Origin: Zygnema circumcarinatum SAG 698-1b
Taxonomy: Eukaryota; Plantae; Zygnematophyceae
Length of the DNA stretch: 64,000 nt
NCBI GenBank assembly: GCA_037447605.1
Contig: CM074812.1
Span: 2,418,001-2,482,000, forward strand
Direction: 5' to 3'
A model generated the notes under the pieces. The model did not search any database and had not been told where the DNA came from. It worked only from the letters and a program-made list of their open reading frames with translations. Below, in pieces: positions 12,932 through 24,699 of this stretch. The stretch's first letter is position 1; each line of letters begins with the position of its first letter. The position numbers and the translations under genes were made by a program.

Positions 12932-14777
12932 AAGAAAAAGAAAAAAGAAAAAGAAAAGGTGAGGGAGAAACATGGGTGGGAGCACGAGAGAGGGAGTTGA
13001 GAGAGAGGGGTTTAAAGTGGGCGAGGGGGGCGAGAAAGACATGAATGGAGCGGAAGAGTGGGAAGAGAGAAGGGTGGGAGGGAGGGAGGGAGGGGAGGGA
13101 GTGAAGCAGGAGAGATAGAGAGTGGATTCTCAGCTAAATGTTGAGGAGGGGAGAGAGAGAGAGAGAGAGAGAGTGGGTAGCGAGCGAAGAGGGTGATAGC
13201 AGTAGCCGTAGTGGTAGTGATAGAGCGGCACTCACTCAAAGACCTGTCTCGCAGTGACCGCTGAGAGGTCCAATCCTTGGTGGGTCGCCGGGTCGCTCAG
13301 TTCATAGTCTTGCACAAACTTGAAGAAGTTGCGTGCGCGAGTTTTTTCAAAGAAACCCAAAAGGGGGGAACGGAGGGCCTCCATGTCGGTGGCGGGGACC
13401 TTGTAGATCTGGGGGGGGGGAGAGGAGGGAGAGGNNNNNNNNNNGGGGAGGCAGGGAAGGTGGGGATAGGGGGGAGGAGGGAGAGTTTGAGAAGGGGGGA
13501 GGGGAGGGAGTGAAGGAGGGGAGGGGGGAGAGGAGGGAGAGTTTGAAGGGGAGGCGAAGGGGAGGGAGCGAGGGGGGGAGGAGGGAATGGAGGGAAAGTT
13601 TGAAGGAGAGGGAGAAGGGGCGAGAGGGAGGGGGGAAGAAGGGATAGTAGGGAGAGTTTGAGGGGGAGGGAAGAGGGGAGAGGAGGGAGGAGGGGAAGAG
13701 GAGGGAGAGTTGAGGACGACAGAGGAGCGGAGGGAGGGAGAGACGGCGAAGGGGAGGAGTGAAAGATAGTGTAGTAGGGATAGGTGGGTGAAAGAGAGAG
13801 GGAGAGGGGGAGATAGGAAGGCGAAGAGCGAGAGTTAAGATTGTTAGGGAGGGAGGGAGGGAGGGAGGAATAGAGGGATGGGGGCGACGAAGGGAGGGGT
13901 AGGATAGGCGAGAGAGTTTGAGAGTGAGGGATGGGGAGAGGGAGGGCAGGAGGGGGGGGGGGGAGAGAGGGACGAGAAGGGAAAGTTAGAGATGATGGAG
14001 GGAGGCAGGGAGGAGGAGGAAGAAGAGGTGGGAAAGTAGAGGCCCAAATGTAAAATGTTACCTTTCCGCCCCGGAAGACATAGCCTCCATCCACCGCCTT
14101 AAAGGAGAGATATTTTGTCACGTCCGTGTAGATGAGGACTCGGACGAGCTGCCCGTTGGCCATCATGAACTGTGGGAGGGAGAGAGAGAGAGGGAGAGAG
14201 AGAGACAGAGTGAGTGAGAGTGGGAGAGTGAGGGAGAGAGAGAAAGAGGTAGCCAGAGAGAGTGTGTGTGAGGGAGAAAAGGATAGAGCGAGAGAGAGAG
14301 GGAGAGTGAGGAAGCGAGAGAAAGGGGTAGCCAGAGAGAGTGTGAGTGAGGGAGAAAGGGATAGAGAGAGAGAGAGAGGGAGAGGGAGCGAGATATAGAG
14401 AGAGAGAAAGAGGGAGGTCATCTTTCCGTTCTCTAACACGGAACAAGCAAGCATAAACACAAGAATGGAAAACCCAGTCAATATCTGCAAACTAAGTTTT
14501 TGCCCACCTTGGGAATCATGTCCACGTTGTAGTCGCGGTTCGAACCCAGACTCGCCGGCGGCTTCTCGCCGCCCCGAAACTTGGCATAGAGCTGCGGCAT
14601 GGCACCATGCAGGCATGTGAGCATGCATGCATGCATGCATGCAAATACAATGCCATACATCAGGACATACATGCATGCAAGAACACTAAAAAGTTGCGTG
14701 TTTGAAGGATACCAGTGTAAGTGGAAGCAGTGTGAGCTCATATCCGAACAGATGAGAGGCCATCTTAACGCAAGGGA

Positions 14778-14808
<31 letters not shown>

Positions 14809-15495
14809 GAGGGGGGAGAGGGAGAGATAGAGGGGGGGGAGGCACCTGCTGCAGGTTGAGGGAAGCTGATTCTCCGCCGTAGTAATCATTTCTGTCCATG
14901 TGAAGCACCTGAAAACGAAATATAAAATGTGACAAAAAAATTCAAAAAAAAGGAAGGAAAAAAAGGTCGAGTTTTTGACGTGTTTACATGTGTTTATTTG
15001 TTGGCACAGAAATTCAGTAAAGAAAAGGAGAGAGAAGGAGGGAAGAGAGAAAATTGGGGGAGAGAGAGAAAGGGAGAGAGGCGAGAGTAGGGGAGAGAGA
15101 GGGCTAAGGGGCAGAGAGAAACGGGAAAGAGTGGGAGAGAGGGGGAGAGGTGGGAGATAGAGCAGGGTGGAAGAGAGTGGGAGAAAGAGAGAAAGCGGAG
15201 AGAGAGAGTGGTGGGGAGAGGGAGTGGGCGGAGAACGAAAAAAGGGAGATAAAGAGAGGGGGGGAGATGGGAGAGAGAGCAGGGTGGGAGAGAGTGGGGG
15301 AGAGAGAGAGTAAGCGAAGAGAGAGTGAGGGGGAGAGAGAGTAGGCGGAAACGAAAAAGAAGAGATAGAGAGAGAGGGGGGGAGAGAGAAGGTACAGTTT
15401 CTCATTACCTTTTTTCCGTCGACTGAAAGGAGGCCGCTGAGAATGCACTCCTTGAGACCCGTCCCGAGCACGATGACGTCATACTCTTCATCCAT
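3387..15495 (-). CDS. GDI: Rab GDP-dissociation inhibitor. Exons (minus): 15409-15495, 14846-14908, 14508-14591, 14062-14169, 13236-13408, [one exon missing, probably in the gap at 12891-12900], 12770-12850, 12551-12613, 12296-12397, 8972-9096 (duplicate 7691-7815), 6627-6708 (duplicate 5466-5547), 4904-5032, 3950-4024, 3387-3440
   Basis: Spliced translation gives [48 protein letters not shown]...[16 protein letters not shown]...[12 protein letters not shown]...[42 protein letters not shown]...[16 protein letters not shown]...[12 protein letters not shown]...[17 protein letters not shown]. These are hallmark plant RabGDI motifs. All recovered junctions are GT-AG and phase-compatible, except across the missing exon. 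Confidence 0.97.
3730..3945. repeat. (TCAAG)n pentamer satellite in the last GDI intron; reads (CTTGA)n on the pre-mRNA
   Basis: caagtcaagtcaagtcaag runs lie adjacent to the donor at 3949. Confidence 0.8.
5150..9470. repeat. Near-identical direct duplications inside GDI (offsets 1161 bp and 1281 bp) bounded by 10-N gaps
   Basis: ~5210-6358 recurs at ~6369-7519, and ~7200-7865/7866-8170 recur at 8481-9470. Each duplicated block carries one GDI exon. Confidence 0.85.
9390..12290. repeat. ~2.9-kb polypyrimidine/polypurine satellite (12-bp CTCTCCCTCCCC / CTCTCCCTGCCC units) in a GDI intron
   Basis: Almost only C/T with periodic G on +. It is the source of the ~1000-aa P/L/S and G/R/E pseudo-ORFs. 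Confidence 0.92.
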
Positions 15496-16014
15496 GCCTG
15501 CAAACAGCTAAAAATCTGTAACGAAAAAAAAGGAGCAGAACGGAAAACGAAATTGAAGTTGATGGGAAAAAAGCTGAAGGGAGGGAGGAGAGGGAACGGA
15601 AGAGGAGGGGGAGGGAGAGAGAGGGAGAGGGAGGGAGCGAGGGAAGGGGAGGGGAATGGGAGGGGTGGAGGGAGTCAGTGGGAGAGGGATAAGGTGAGAG
15701 TGGGGGGGAGTGGGAATGGGAGGAGAGGGGGAGGACGAGGAGGAGCGAGAGAGAGAGAGAGAGGAAGGGGGAGGAGACGGAAGAAAGAGGGAGGGAGGGA
15801 AGTGAGAGAGAAAATTAGGAACAGCCCTTGAGAGGCAAAACAGAATGATAAAAGTGAGAGAGCGAGAGATGGGAGAGAGAGAGAGATAAAGCGCGATGGA
15901 AAGGAGAGAAACAGAGAGAGGGATGAGAGGGGATAGGGGGGAGAGAGAGCGAGAGAGAGAGCGAGGAATCAGCTGTGAAACCCTACCTGCCTTCCTGCGA
16001 AATACAACGCTATA

Positions 16015-17200
16015 ACCTAACCCTAAAACGCGCAATCGTAGGGGGCCGGAGGGAAGGCAGAGAGGGAGAGGAAGAGAGAGAGAGAGAGGGAGATGGAGAG
16101 GGAGAGGGCGAGTGGGAGAGAGAGGGAGAGCGTGAGGGAGAGGGAGAGGGAGGGAGCGAGAGAGGAGGTCCAGGTAGCAGGTATGACAACTGGAAGTTCT
16201 GCTGCGGGGGACGAGCTGCCGGCCGGCAGGAAGTTTCGCCGGCCAGGTCGCCGGCCAGTTTCTGCCGGCCGGTCAGAAAACCGCCGTTCGACCGCTAGCA
16301 AACGGTCAGCCAGTTTCCAGTTTTCCAGCTCAGTTCCAGCCCTGTCACATGACAACTGTGAATTTGAAAATTCGAAAGCATGGAACCGTCATTTAATGTC
16401 ATTTTTTCAGAACAGTTCAGTTTTAGATTGGCTCGTCGAATGAGTGCTATCCACGTGGATATGCTAAACACGTGGCTGGCTATCAGTGGCTCGTTGAACC
16501 AAAAAAAACCACAAAATGAAGAAAAAATAACAAAAAAAAAATGCGCGAAATTGCGAGCAAGGGTGAATCTTCCTCAAACCTCCATATCTCCAGATCTGTG
16601 GTAGATTCTGTGAATCTCGATTTTCAGATCTTCAAATCTCCACTTAAGGTAGATTGGATCTTTCGAATTCATAATCAAGCGTTTGATTGGCCAATATGAA
16701 ATCAATCAGATATGTCAGATTTGATATATCTTCACTTTGTCGTCTTATACATTTTGATCTTCAGAAAGTATGAAAAGTTACACCATAAACATAGATTGGT
16801 AGGGAAGTCTGTACGGACGAAAACAAAAAAAAATGTAGGCAGGCTAAAACTAAAATTACTTTGACTACCAGGAACGAATCAGTGACTGCCACGCCAGACA
16901 AGCGTACACGTGGCACCACCGATTGGACAATCGAATCATGGTCCTTCAGAATTCATTTTTGAATTCAATTCAAAAAATTTGCCACGTAGGATATTTTGTC
17001 ACGTGGGATACTCCGATTGGTCAGACCTCACAATTGTGCTTTCAATGAAATCAAACGTTGGCTTCCACCAACTGTCAACTCCGGCAGTATCGTGTATCGA
17101 ATAATGATATATTTGAAATATCAATATCGCGATATTACCAATACGTTCCATGGTGCCACCAGTTACAGTAAAGTGCCACTGGCTTGACGTCAGCCCTCTC
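16015..17200. promoter_or_regulatory. Probable divergent promoter region between GDI (-) and the SUB1-like gene (+), with G-box-type sites and a telo-box
   Basis: CACGTG at ~16451, ~16469, ~16907, ~16999; TGACGTCA at ~17186; AACCCTAA at ~16019-16026; CT-rich tracts point toward both genes. Confidence 0.45.
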
Positions 17201-17916
17201 CCTCCGAAGCCATGGTTGCCGTCATCCCGTCCTTCATCCCCCCTCCATGCTCCCTCCCTCCCTCTCTCTCTCCCTCTCTCCGACTCCTCACTCCCTCCTC
17301 CCCTCCCTACCCTTCCTCCCTCTCCCTCTCCCTCTCTCTCCCGCCGTTCCTCTCTCTCCCACCTCTCCTCTATCTCTCTCTCGCCCTCCCGTTCATCCCA
17401 CTCCATCCCTCTCCTCTCTCCCTCCGCTTTTCTCTCTCTCTCTCTCTCGTCTCCCTCTCTCTCTTCTCCCTTCCTCTCTCCCTCCCTCTCCTCCCTCCCC
17501 TGCCTTTCCCCCCTCGGCCGTCAATGCATCAATCCAAACCTATCTGACGACAATGCCATAGATCGAACCTCATATTTTTGACCTAATTACCTTATCGCTG
17601 CTGCCCCACATCCTATCCCTCTCCCTTGCACTCTCTCCCATCTGGTCTCCTGGTCTTCCCTCTACTCACCTTTCCCTCTCTCTCTCTCTCCCTCTCCCTT
17701 CGCTCTCCCTCTCTCGTCCCTCTCCTCCCATTGTCCTCTCCTCTCCTCTCCCTCCCCTCCTCTCCCTCCCCTCCTCTCCCTTCTCCTCCTACGTGTCTCT
17801 TCTCTCCTCACCTTTCCTCTCCTCTCTTCTCCTCTCCTCTCCTCTCCACTCCCTCGGCCACCCTGCCCACCTCTCTCCCTCCATTCCTTCACCCCTCCAC
17901 TCACTCTCCCCTACCC

Positions 17917-20900
17917 ATGGCATCAGCACTCTCACGCCTCTTCTCCTTCTTCTCTTTCTCTTCCTCCCGCTCCTCCCGCTCTTCTCGCTCCTCCCGCACC
18001 TCCCGCTCCTCTCGCTCTTCCGGCTCCTCCTTTTGGCGGCTCCCTCTCTTCCTCGCCTCTCTCCTCCTCCTCCACCTCCTCTTTCGCGTCCGCTCTCCTG
18101 CCCCCTCCGCCGAACGCCAACGCTACCTCGCCTGTCTCAGCAACCATGGAGAGAAAGACAGAGATGGAGAGAGAGAGGGAGAGAAGGAGGGAGACTCCTC
18201 CCACTCCTCCTTCCTCATTCGAATCCGCTGCCGACGGGCCGCTAGAGAAGAGCTCCGATCCTTAACCAAACGCCGTGTGGGGGTGGTAGGAGATGGAATA
18301 GAAAACGCTACAAAAAGCGAGCCTCTCTCTCTCCTACCTTCCCCACCCCCCCCTCCCTCCCCTCCACCTCCCACTCCNNNNNNNNNNTCCCCCCCCCTCT
18401 CCCCCTCCTCCCTCTCCACCTCCTCCCTCCCCTCCCTCCCCTCCTCCCCCTCCCGCTGCTCTCCCTTGGCGTACTTGGAAGGGAGAGTGGGAATTTGATG
18501 GTCACCAGCACTACCTCTACCACTCCCGCGACTGGCGAGACTTCATAGTGGGAGTCTCCCTGAGGGAGTGGGAGACTTCCTGCATGGCGGGAGAGGCAAT
18601 TGCCATGGAACGCATCATGGTGTTGGACATGGATGTGGGCATCCCTCCGGAGTACAATGGAGGGAAAGAGGGAGGAGTGGGAAAGTACGAGCAGTATTTT
18701 GACTTGTGGCATCTTCGAAGGTAATAGGAGCGATAAAAAGTTTAAGACTTTTGAGTTAATATTAAGTCAAAGGTTGTGAAAATCATGAACCATTCAAACC
18801 TTAGAAACGCTAAAAAGGCCAAAGATTTAATTAGCCTACAAAAGTTTTAAAATCGTCTTAACCCTAAATCCCTGAACTTTCCTTGACCACCATTTACTTC
18901 CTTGACTTCCTTGACCTCCCTTGACCTCCCTTGACCTTCCTCGACTCCCTTGACTTTCCTTGACCTCCCTTGACCTCCCTTGAGCTCCCTTGAGCTCCCT
19001 TGACCTTCCTTGACCTCCCTTGACCTTCCTTGACCTCCCTTGAGCTCCCTTGAGCTCCCTTGACCTTCCTTGACCTCCCTTGACCTCCCTTGAGCTCCCT
19101 TGAGCTCCCTTGACCTTCCTTGACCTCCCTTGACCTCCCTTGACCTCCCTTGACCTTCCTTGACCTCCCTTGACCTTCCTTGACCTCCCTTGACCTTCCT
19201 TGACCTCCCTTGACCTTCCTTGACCTCCCTTAACCTCCCTTAACCTCCCTTGACCTCCCTTGACCTCCCTTGACGTACCTTGATCTCCATTAACTTCCTT
19301 GACTTTCCTTGACCTTCCTTGACCTCACTTGACCTCCCTTGACTTCCCTGACCTTCCTTGACCTCCCTTGACCCCCCCTTGACTTCCTTGACCTCCCTTG
19401 TCCTCCCTTGACCTTCCTTGATCTCCATTGACTTCCTTGACGTTTCTTGACCCCCTTGACTTTCTTGACCTTCCTTCCTCCCTGGACCTTCCATGACCTC
19501 CCTTGACTTCCTTGACCTCCCTTGACCTCCGTTGACTTTGCAGAGAGGTCCCGGTCCTCGACCTTCCCACCTTTCTGAGCGGCTGGGCGGCTTGGAACAC
19601 ATCCCATCCCGAAAATCCAATTTCCGTTGTGCGAGTACCCATAGAGGGAGGCCCTCCGCTCGCGGAAGTGGCGGAGGCGGAGGAGGTCGTGCTCATGAGG
19701 ACGTACGGACCATCCGACTCGCCTTCTAAAGTGTGCGTGGAGAATCCGGTGAGAGTCTCTCTCTCTCTCTCTCTCACTCTCTCTCTCTCTCTCAACTTCT
19801 CTTTCTCTTCCTCTCTCACTTTCTCAATCCTTCCCTCTCCCTCACTTTGTTCTTCTTGAACGTCCTATCTCCTTTGCCCTCGCCCTCCCGCCTTGCCCCT
19901 CTCCCCTCCCTTACCCCTGCCTCCCACTTCCTCCCCCTACCCTCCCTCTCTCACTCCTCCCTCCATCCCTTCTTCCCCTTCTCCCCTCCCCCCCTCCCTC
20001 CTCATGCCTCCCTCCCTCCCCCTCTCCCCACCCTCCCTCTCTTACTCCTCCCATTCTCCCTCCCCCTCTTCCCTCCCTCCCTCCCTCGCCCTCTCCCGTC
20101 CTCGCTCCCTCCCTCACCCGCTCCCCACCCTCCCTCTCTCACTCCTCCCTCCCTCCTTCCCTCCCCCCCCTCTCCCTCCCTCCCTCCCAGACCATCGCCC
20201 GCCCTTGGCCCGCCTTCAAATACGCCTCCACTCTCCTCTACCTCCGCCTCGAGATTCTGAAGGCCCTCCCTCCCTCCTTCGCGTCCGTACACATCGAGAG
20301 AGGGAGGAGGAGGTTAGAGGGGGAGGGCGACCGCGTGTGGCCAAACCTCCAAAAGGACACTCACCCCGCGCAGTCAGTACCGCAAAGAAACCCTAACAAC
20401 CCTAAAACCCCTAATGACCCTAAAACCCTAAACCCTAAATCACGAAAACTCCTGGCGACCCTAAAACCCTACAACCCTTAAAGACCCTAAAACCCCTGGA
20501 GACCCTAAAACCCTACAACCCCTAAAGACCCTAAAACCCCTAGAGACCCTAAAACTCTAAAACTTTAAAATTTCTAAAACCCTGAAAGACCTCAAGAACC
20601 CTAAGAATCTTAAATACCCTAAACTTTTAAGGACGCTAAAAACCCTAAACCTTCAAAACCCTACAACCCTAAACACCCTAAAGACCCTGAAAATTTTCAA
20701 AACCCTAAATGTCGTAGAAATCTCTGCGCGCTAAAAACTCTCAAAACCCTAAAACCCTTAAAACCATAAGAGCCCTAAGAACCTAAAAAATGTCTCAAAA
20801 CCCTAAAGAAAAAAGTACAAGAGATGGTTTTTTCCCAATGCTTTGACTTACACGTGTCTCTAGAAACCCTAAAACCCTAAAAGCCTATTTATTTTGTCGT

Positions 20901-22637
20901 TAAAAACCTTAAATATGTCCCAACGTGTGTGTGTGTGTTTTTTTTTTACGATTTTTTTTTCTATCTTTTTGCATTGCAGTATTTTGGAGACGTTGCAAAA
21001 AAAAGGCGTCGTAATTGGAACCACTATTTGGTTAGTCACCGACGAAATTGATCCAAATTTTTTCGACCCGTTGTCGAGTTTATACCCCATTAAACAATTG
21101 CAAGATTTTTCGAATTTTTGGGGTCCAGAGAGCGTGTGGTGGAGGGACACTCTCGTGATCATCGGAGAAGATAAAATTCCAAGATTTGACGGAATGATGG
21201 CGGTACGCTCCTTGACTTTCCTTGACTTCCCTTGACCTCCCTTGACTTTCCTTGACCTCCCTTGACTTTCCTTGACCTCCCTTGACCTCCCTTGACCTCC
21301 TTGACCTTCCTTGACCTCCCTTGACCTCTCTTGACTTTCCTTGATCTCCCTTGACTTTCCTTGACCGCCCTTGACCTCCCTTGACCTCTCTTGAATTTTC
21401 TTGATCTCCCTTGACTTTCCTTGACCGCCCTTGACCTCCCTTGACCTCTCTTGACTTTCCTTGATCTCCCTTGACTTTCCTTGACCGCCCTTGACCTCCC
21501 TTGACCTCTCTTGACTTTCCTTGATCTCCCTTGACTTTCCTTGACCGCCCTTGACCTCCCTTGACCTCTCTTGAATTTTCTTGATCTCCCTTGACTTTCC
21601 TTGACCGCCCTTGACCTCCCTTGACCTCTCTTGACCTCCCTTGACCTCTCTTGACCTCCCTTGACCTCTCTTGACCTTCCTTGACTTCCTTGACCTCCCT
21701 TGACCTCCCTTGACCCCCGTTGACTTCCTCGATCTTCCTCGATCTTCCTTGACCTCCCTTGACTTTCCTTGACCTCCCTTGACTTGGTACGGTTTTTTTT
21801 TTTTGACAATTTTTATATCATATTATTATAATATGAAAATTCATTTTAATTTGCGATCTTTGTTATAGGTTGTTTCGTTTTTATTGGTTTGGAGGCGTGA
21901 CTTTAATGAATTTTTTTTTCTTTTTGTCCTTTGAAGTGTTCAAAGTGCGCGATGTACCGTCTGGTCTATGTTCAGAGTAGGGCTTTTAGGGATTTAGGGT
22001 TTTAGGATCTTTAGAGTTGTAAGGTTGTAGATTTTTTAGGGTTTTTAAGGTTTTAGGGTTCTGAAGGTTTTAGGGTTTTTAGGGTTTTAGGATCTTTAGA
22101 GTTTTAGGGTTTCTAGACTCTCCATGGACTACGTTTGGTGTTCTATGTTCGCAGTTCCATGCACCGTTCTGTATTTGACTATTTGACTATTTTTCTAAAC
22201 AGTTTAGGTTTCGTTTTAGTTCTGAAATAGCCAAAATCAAAGGGCGGGATTTCAGAAAGGGGGGGGGGATATCCAAAAGGGGGTGAAGTTTCATTTTCCT
22301 TGAAATATTTTAGCTTATTTTTTCCCCCTCCCTCTTTGTTATTTTTTTTTTTTTTGGGCAGGAAATTGTAAACGGGCTCGTGACTGACGTGGCAGCGCAA
22401 AAGCTCGAAACGTTCAACGACTTCACTTCGGACCCCAAAGAGGGCAGAAAAAAATCGGAGGAGGAAAGTAAAAAATTGGAGGAAGAAAAGAAAAAATTGG
22501 ATGAAAAGAAGGAAAATTTGGATGAGGAAAATTCAAAAATGGATGCGGCGGAACCACGAAGAAGGCATAAACGTTTAGGGTTAACAGCTGAAAAAATAGA
22601 AATCAGGAAAGAAAATAATCTGGATTTAGGGTTTTAG
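17917..22637 (+). CDS. Type II membrane O-fucosyltransferase-fold protein of the SUB1 / At4g12700 / At2g04280 family; exons 17917-18720 (10-N gap inside), 19544-19748, 20191-20372, 20980-21202, 22362-22637
   Basis: N-terminal TM segment (FWRLPLFLASLLLLHLLF). Spliced motifs SCMAGEAIAMERIMVLDMD...YFDLWHLR, RPW...SVHIERG...WPNLQKDTHP, DPNFFDPL...RFDGMM and KLETFNDFTSD parallel, from memory, the family motifs LCALGEAQYLNRTLVMD, YFDFEHLKE, WPNLDADTSP, FDGYM, ETFNDLT. Junctions are GT-AG and in phase. Confidence 0.85.
18885..19540 (+). repeat. CCTTGACCTC decamer satellite in intron 1 of the SUB1-like gene
   Basis: Tandem ccttgacctc/ccttgacttc/ccttgagctc units run up to the acceptor at 19543. Confidence 0.92.
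20393..20885 (+). repeat. Degenerate telomere array (C-rich on sense) in intron 3 of the SUB1-like gene
   Basis: Repeated aaaccctaaa/gaccctaaaacccc units. Confidence 0.85.
21208..21785 (+). repeat. Second CCTTGAC decamer satellite, with a 60-bp higher-order unit, in intron 4 of the SUB1-like gene
   Basis: The unit ttgaccgcccttgacctcccttgacctctcttga(c/a)tttt(c)ttgatctcccttgactttcc recurs every 60 bp from ~21361 to ~21620. Confidence 0.9.
21980..22115 (+). repeat. Degenerate telomere array (G-rich on sense) in intron 4 of the SUB1-like gene
   Basis: ttttagggtt repeats. Confidence 0.8.
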
Positions 22638-23446
22638 GGTTTGAGGGATTTAGGGTTCAAAACATCTTTTTTTTTTTTTCTTTAAAAAAATGTTTCGTTA
22701 TTATTAGGGAGGGTTCTGTTAATGAAAGGAGTCCAGAACCTTGGCACGCACAAATGATTGTTTCTTCTCACTCTCCCTCTCCCTCTATCTCTCTCTCTTC
22801 TATCCCCTTTTCTCACTCTCTCTCCCACTCTCTCCCTCTCTCCTCTCTCTCCCACTCTCATCCTCCCTCTCTCTAGCTCTCCCCCTCTCTCTCTATCTGT
22901 CGCCCTCTCCCTCTGTCTCTGACTCTCTCCCCTCTCCGCCTCACTCGCTCCCTCTCCCTCTCTCTCGCTCTCCCTCTCCCTCTACCTCTCGCCCTCTCCC
23001 TCTGTCTCTGCCTCTCGCTCGTCTCGACCCCTCTCTCCCTCCCTCTCCCTCTCTCCCGCTCTCCCTCTCCCTCTATCTCTCGCCCTTTCCCTCCGTCTCT
23101 CTCTTCCCTCCCTTTTCTCCCTTTCTCTCCCTCTCCCTCTCTATCTCTCGCCCTCTCGTTCTGTCTGTCTCTCTCTCTTCTCTCCCCTTCTCTCCCCTCA
23201 CTTTCTCCCTCTCCCTCCCTCGCCCTCTCTCCCTCCCTCTCTCTCCCTCCCTCCCCCTCTTCCTCTCTCCCTCCTCCCTCCCCCTCCCCCCTCTCTCCTA
23301 CCCTCTCTCTCTCTTCCCTCCGGTTGCTCCCCCTTCCGTTTCTTTGTCGTTCAACAAGTTTTTGGGTTTGTGAGTTTGTTCGTGGGTTTGCAGATCTGTT
23401 CGGTCTCAGAGGGTTTTGTCGTTTCTGGTTTTTCGGAACTTAGTTT

Positions 23447-23622
23447 TTACACACCTTTTTTGGCTAGATACACACCTTTTTTCGTCGCTCAGATTTTTTT
23501 TTTGAAGGGTTTCGGGTTTTAGAGTTTTTTGGGTTCTTGGGAAAACCCAAACCCTAAGAACCCTAAAATAAAATCCGAGCGGCGAAAAAGGGTGTGTATC
23601 TAGTGCCATAAAAGGTGTGTAA
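23447..23622. mobile_element. Small foldback/MITE-like inverted repeat with a telomere-like core
   Basis: The left arm ttacacaccttttttggctagatacacacc...cgtcgctcagatttt is the reverse complement of the right arm aaaatccgagcggcg...ggtgtgtatctagtgccataaaaggtgtgtaa. The centre is G-rich then C-rich telomere-like DNA. Confidence 0.6.
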
Positions 23623-23760
23623 TTAGACCCTAAGTAGCTTTTTCGTTGTTTTGAAGTGACCTCAGTTCACATGTCGAGGTTAGAACAGTTGCAGTTTCAA
23701 CCGTTCAGTGCAACGCTCATACGGCCAACGGTTCTATGATACGACTAGCAATTTGCCTTT

Positions 23761-24699
23761 GGTAAATGCTACTGCACCCCCCTCTTTTGGCTTTCGCACC
23801 CCCCTTTTTGAAAATTTTGCCTGCCCATTTTGGTTATCCCACCCCCTGTTTTGGATACCCCCCCCCCCCTTTCGGACATTCCAGCCCCTGTTTTGAATAT
23901 TTCGGGAGGGAAAAAGATTTCCTCCCCTGCCCTGCCCTCCCCTCCTCGTTTTTTGGACATTCCAAACCCCCCCGTTTTCTCCTTTTCACTACGGACTTCC
24001 AACATTGTGCGACAAAATAAAAGGGGATTTGCATTGGTCTCAAGATGGTGAGGCCATCAAATGAACATGGACGAAGTCACAATGGGGAACCACAGGAAAC
24101 TGGTCGCAAATGAACTAAGCACAAAATATAAAAACTAGGAGCAAAAAACTGAACTAAACTAAGCTTAAGCGCAAAAACGCAGCCGCAGGGGTCATCGATG
24201 AGGGAGCAGTTGCTTTTAACTTTCGGGTGAGGGGTATTGATGTAAACCGAGGCAGAGTTCGAGCTGAAGACCTCTCGGAACCTGCCTAAGCGCTTTACCA
24301 TTAACAAGCAACCTCTGATACAAGACTTGTGCCATATACCCAATTTACAGCGTTTCGCAACAATTGTACGACCCCTAATTAACGCAAGATCTTAAGTTGT
24401 GGCCTGGTTGCTTGCAATTGGAACATTTGTTCCCCTTAGCGTACTCGAAATGGCTCTTGTCCCGGCTGATTGCCAAACTGCGCGTGCGCGTGCAGTAGGT
24501 CGACCTCGTTTCCTCATAACCGGGGGAGGTTGTGCAACTGCAATGGTTCGGCAGCCCAAAAGTTTGCATGTACTACTTCCTTTCCAAAAAAGGGGGGTGA
24601 AATATCCAAAACAGGGGGTGGGATAACCAAAATGGGCAGGCAATTTTTTCAAAAAGGGGGGTGCGAAAGCCGAAATAGGGGGGTGCAGTAGCATTTTCC
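23761..24699 (-). mobile_element. Non-autonomous Mutator-like element (MULE) derivative
   Basis: ~100-bp TIRs (GGTAAATGCTACTGCACCCCCC... / ...GGGGGGTGCAGTAGCATTTTCC). Degenerate 9-bp flanks (tttgccttt vs tttgtctta, 7/9). The internal minus strand encodes PPPVMRKRGRP and CSNCKQPGHNLRSC (CCHC knuckle, frameshifted), typical of a MULE transposase C-terminus. Confidence 0.75.
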
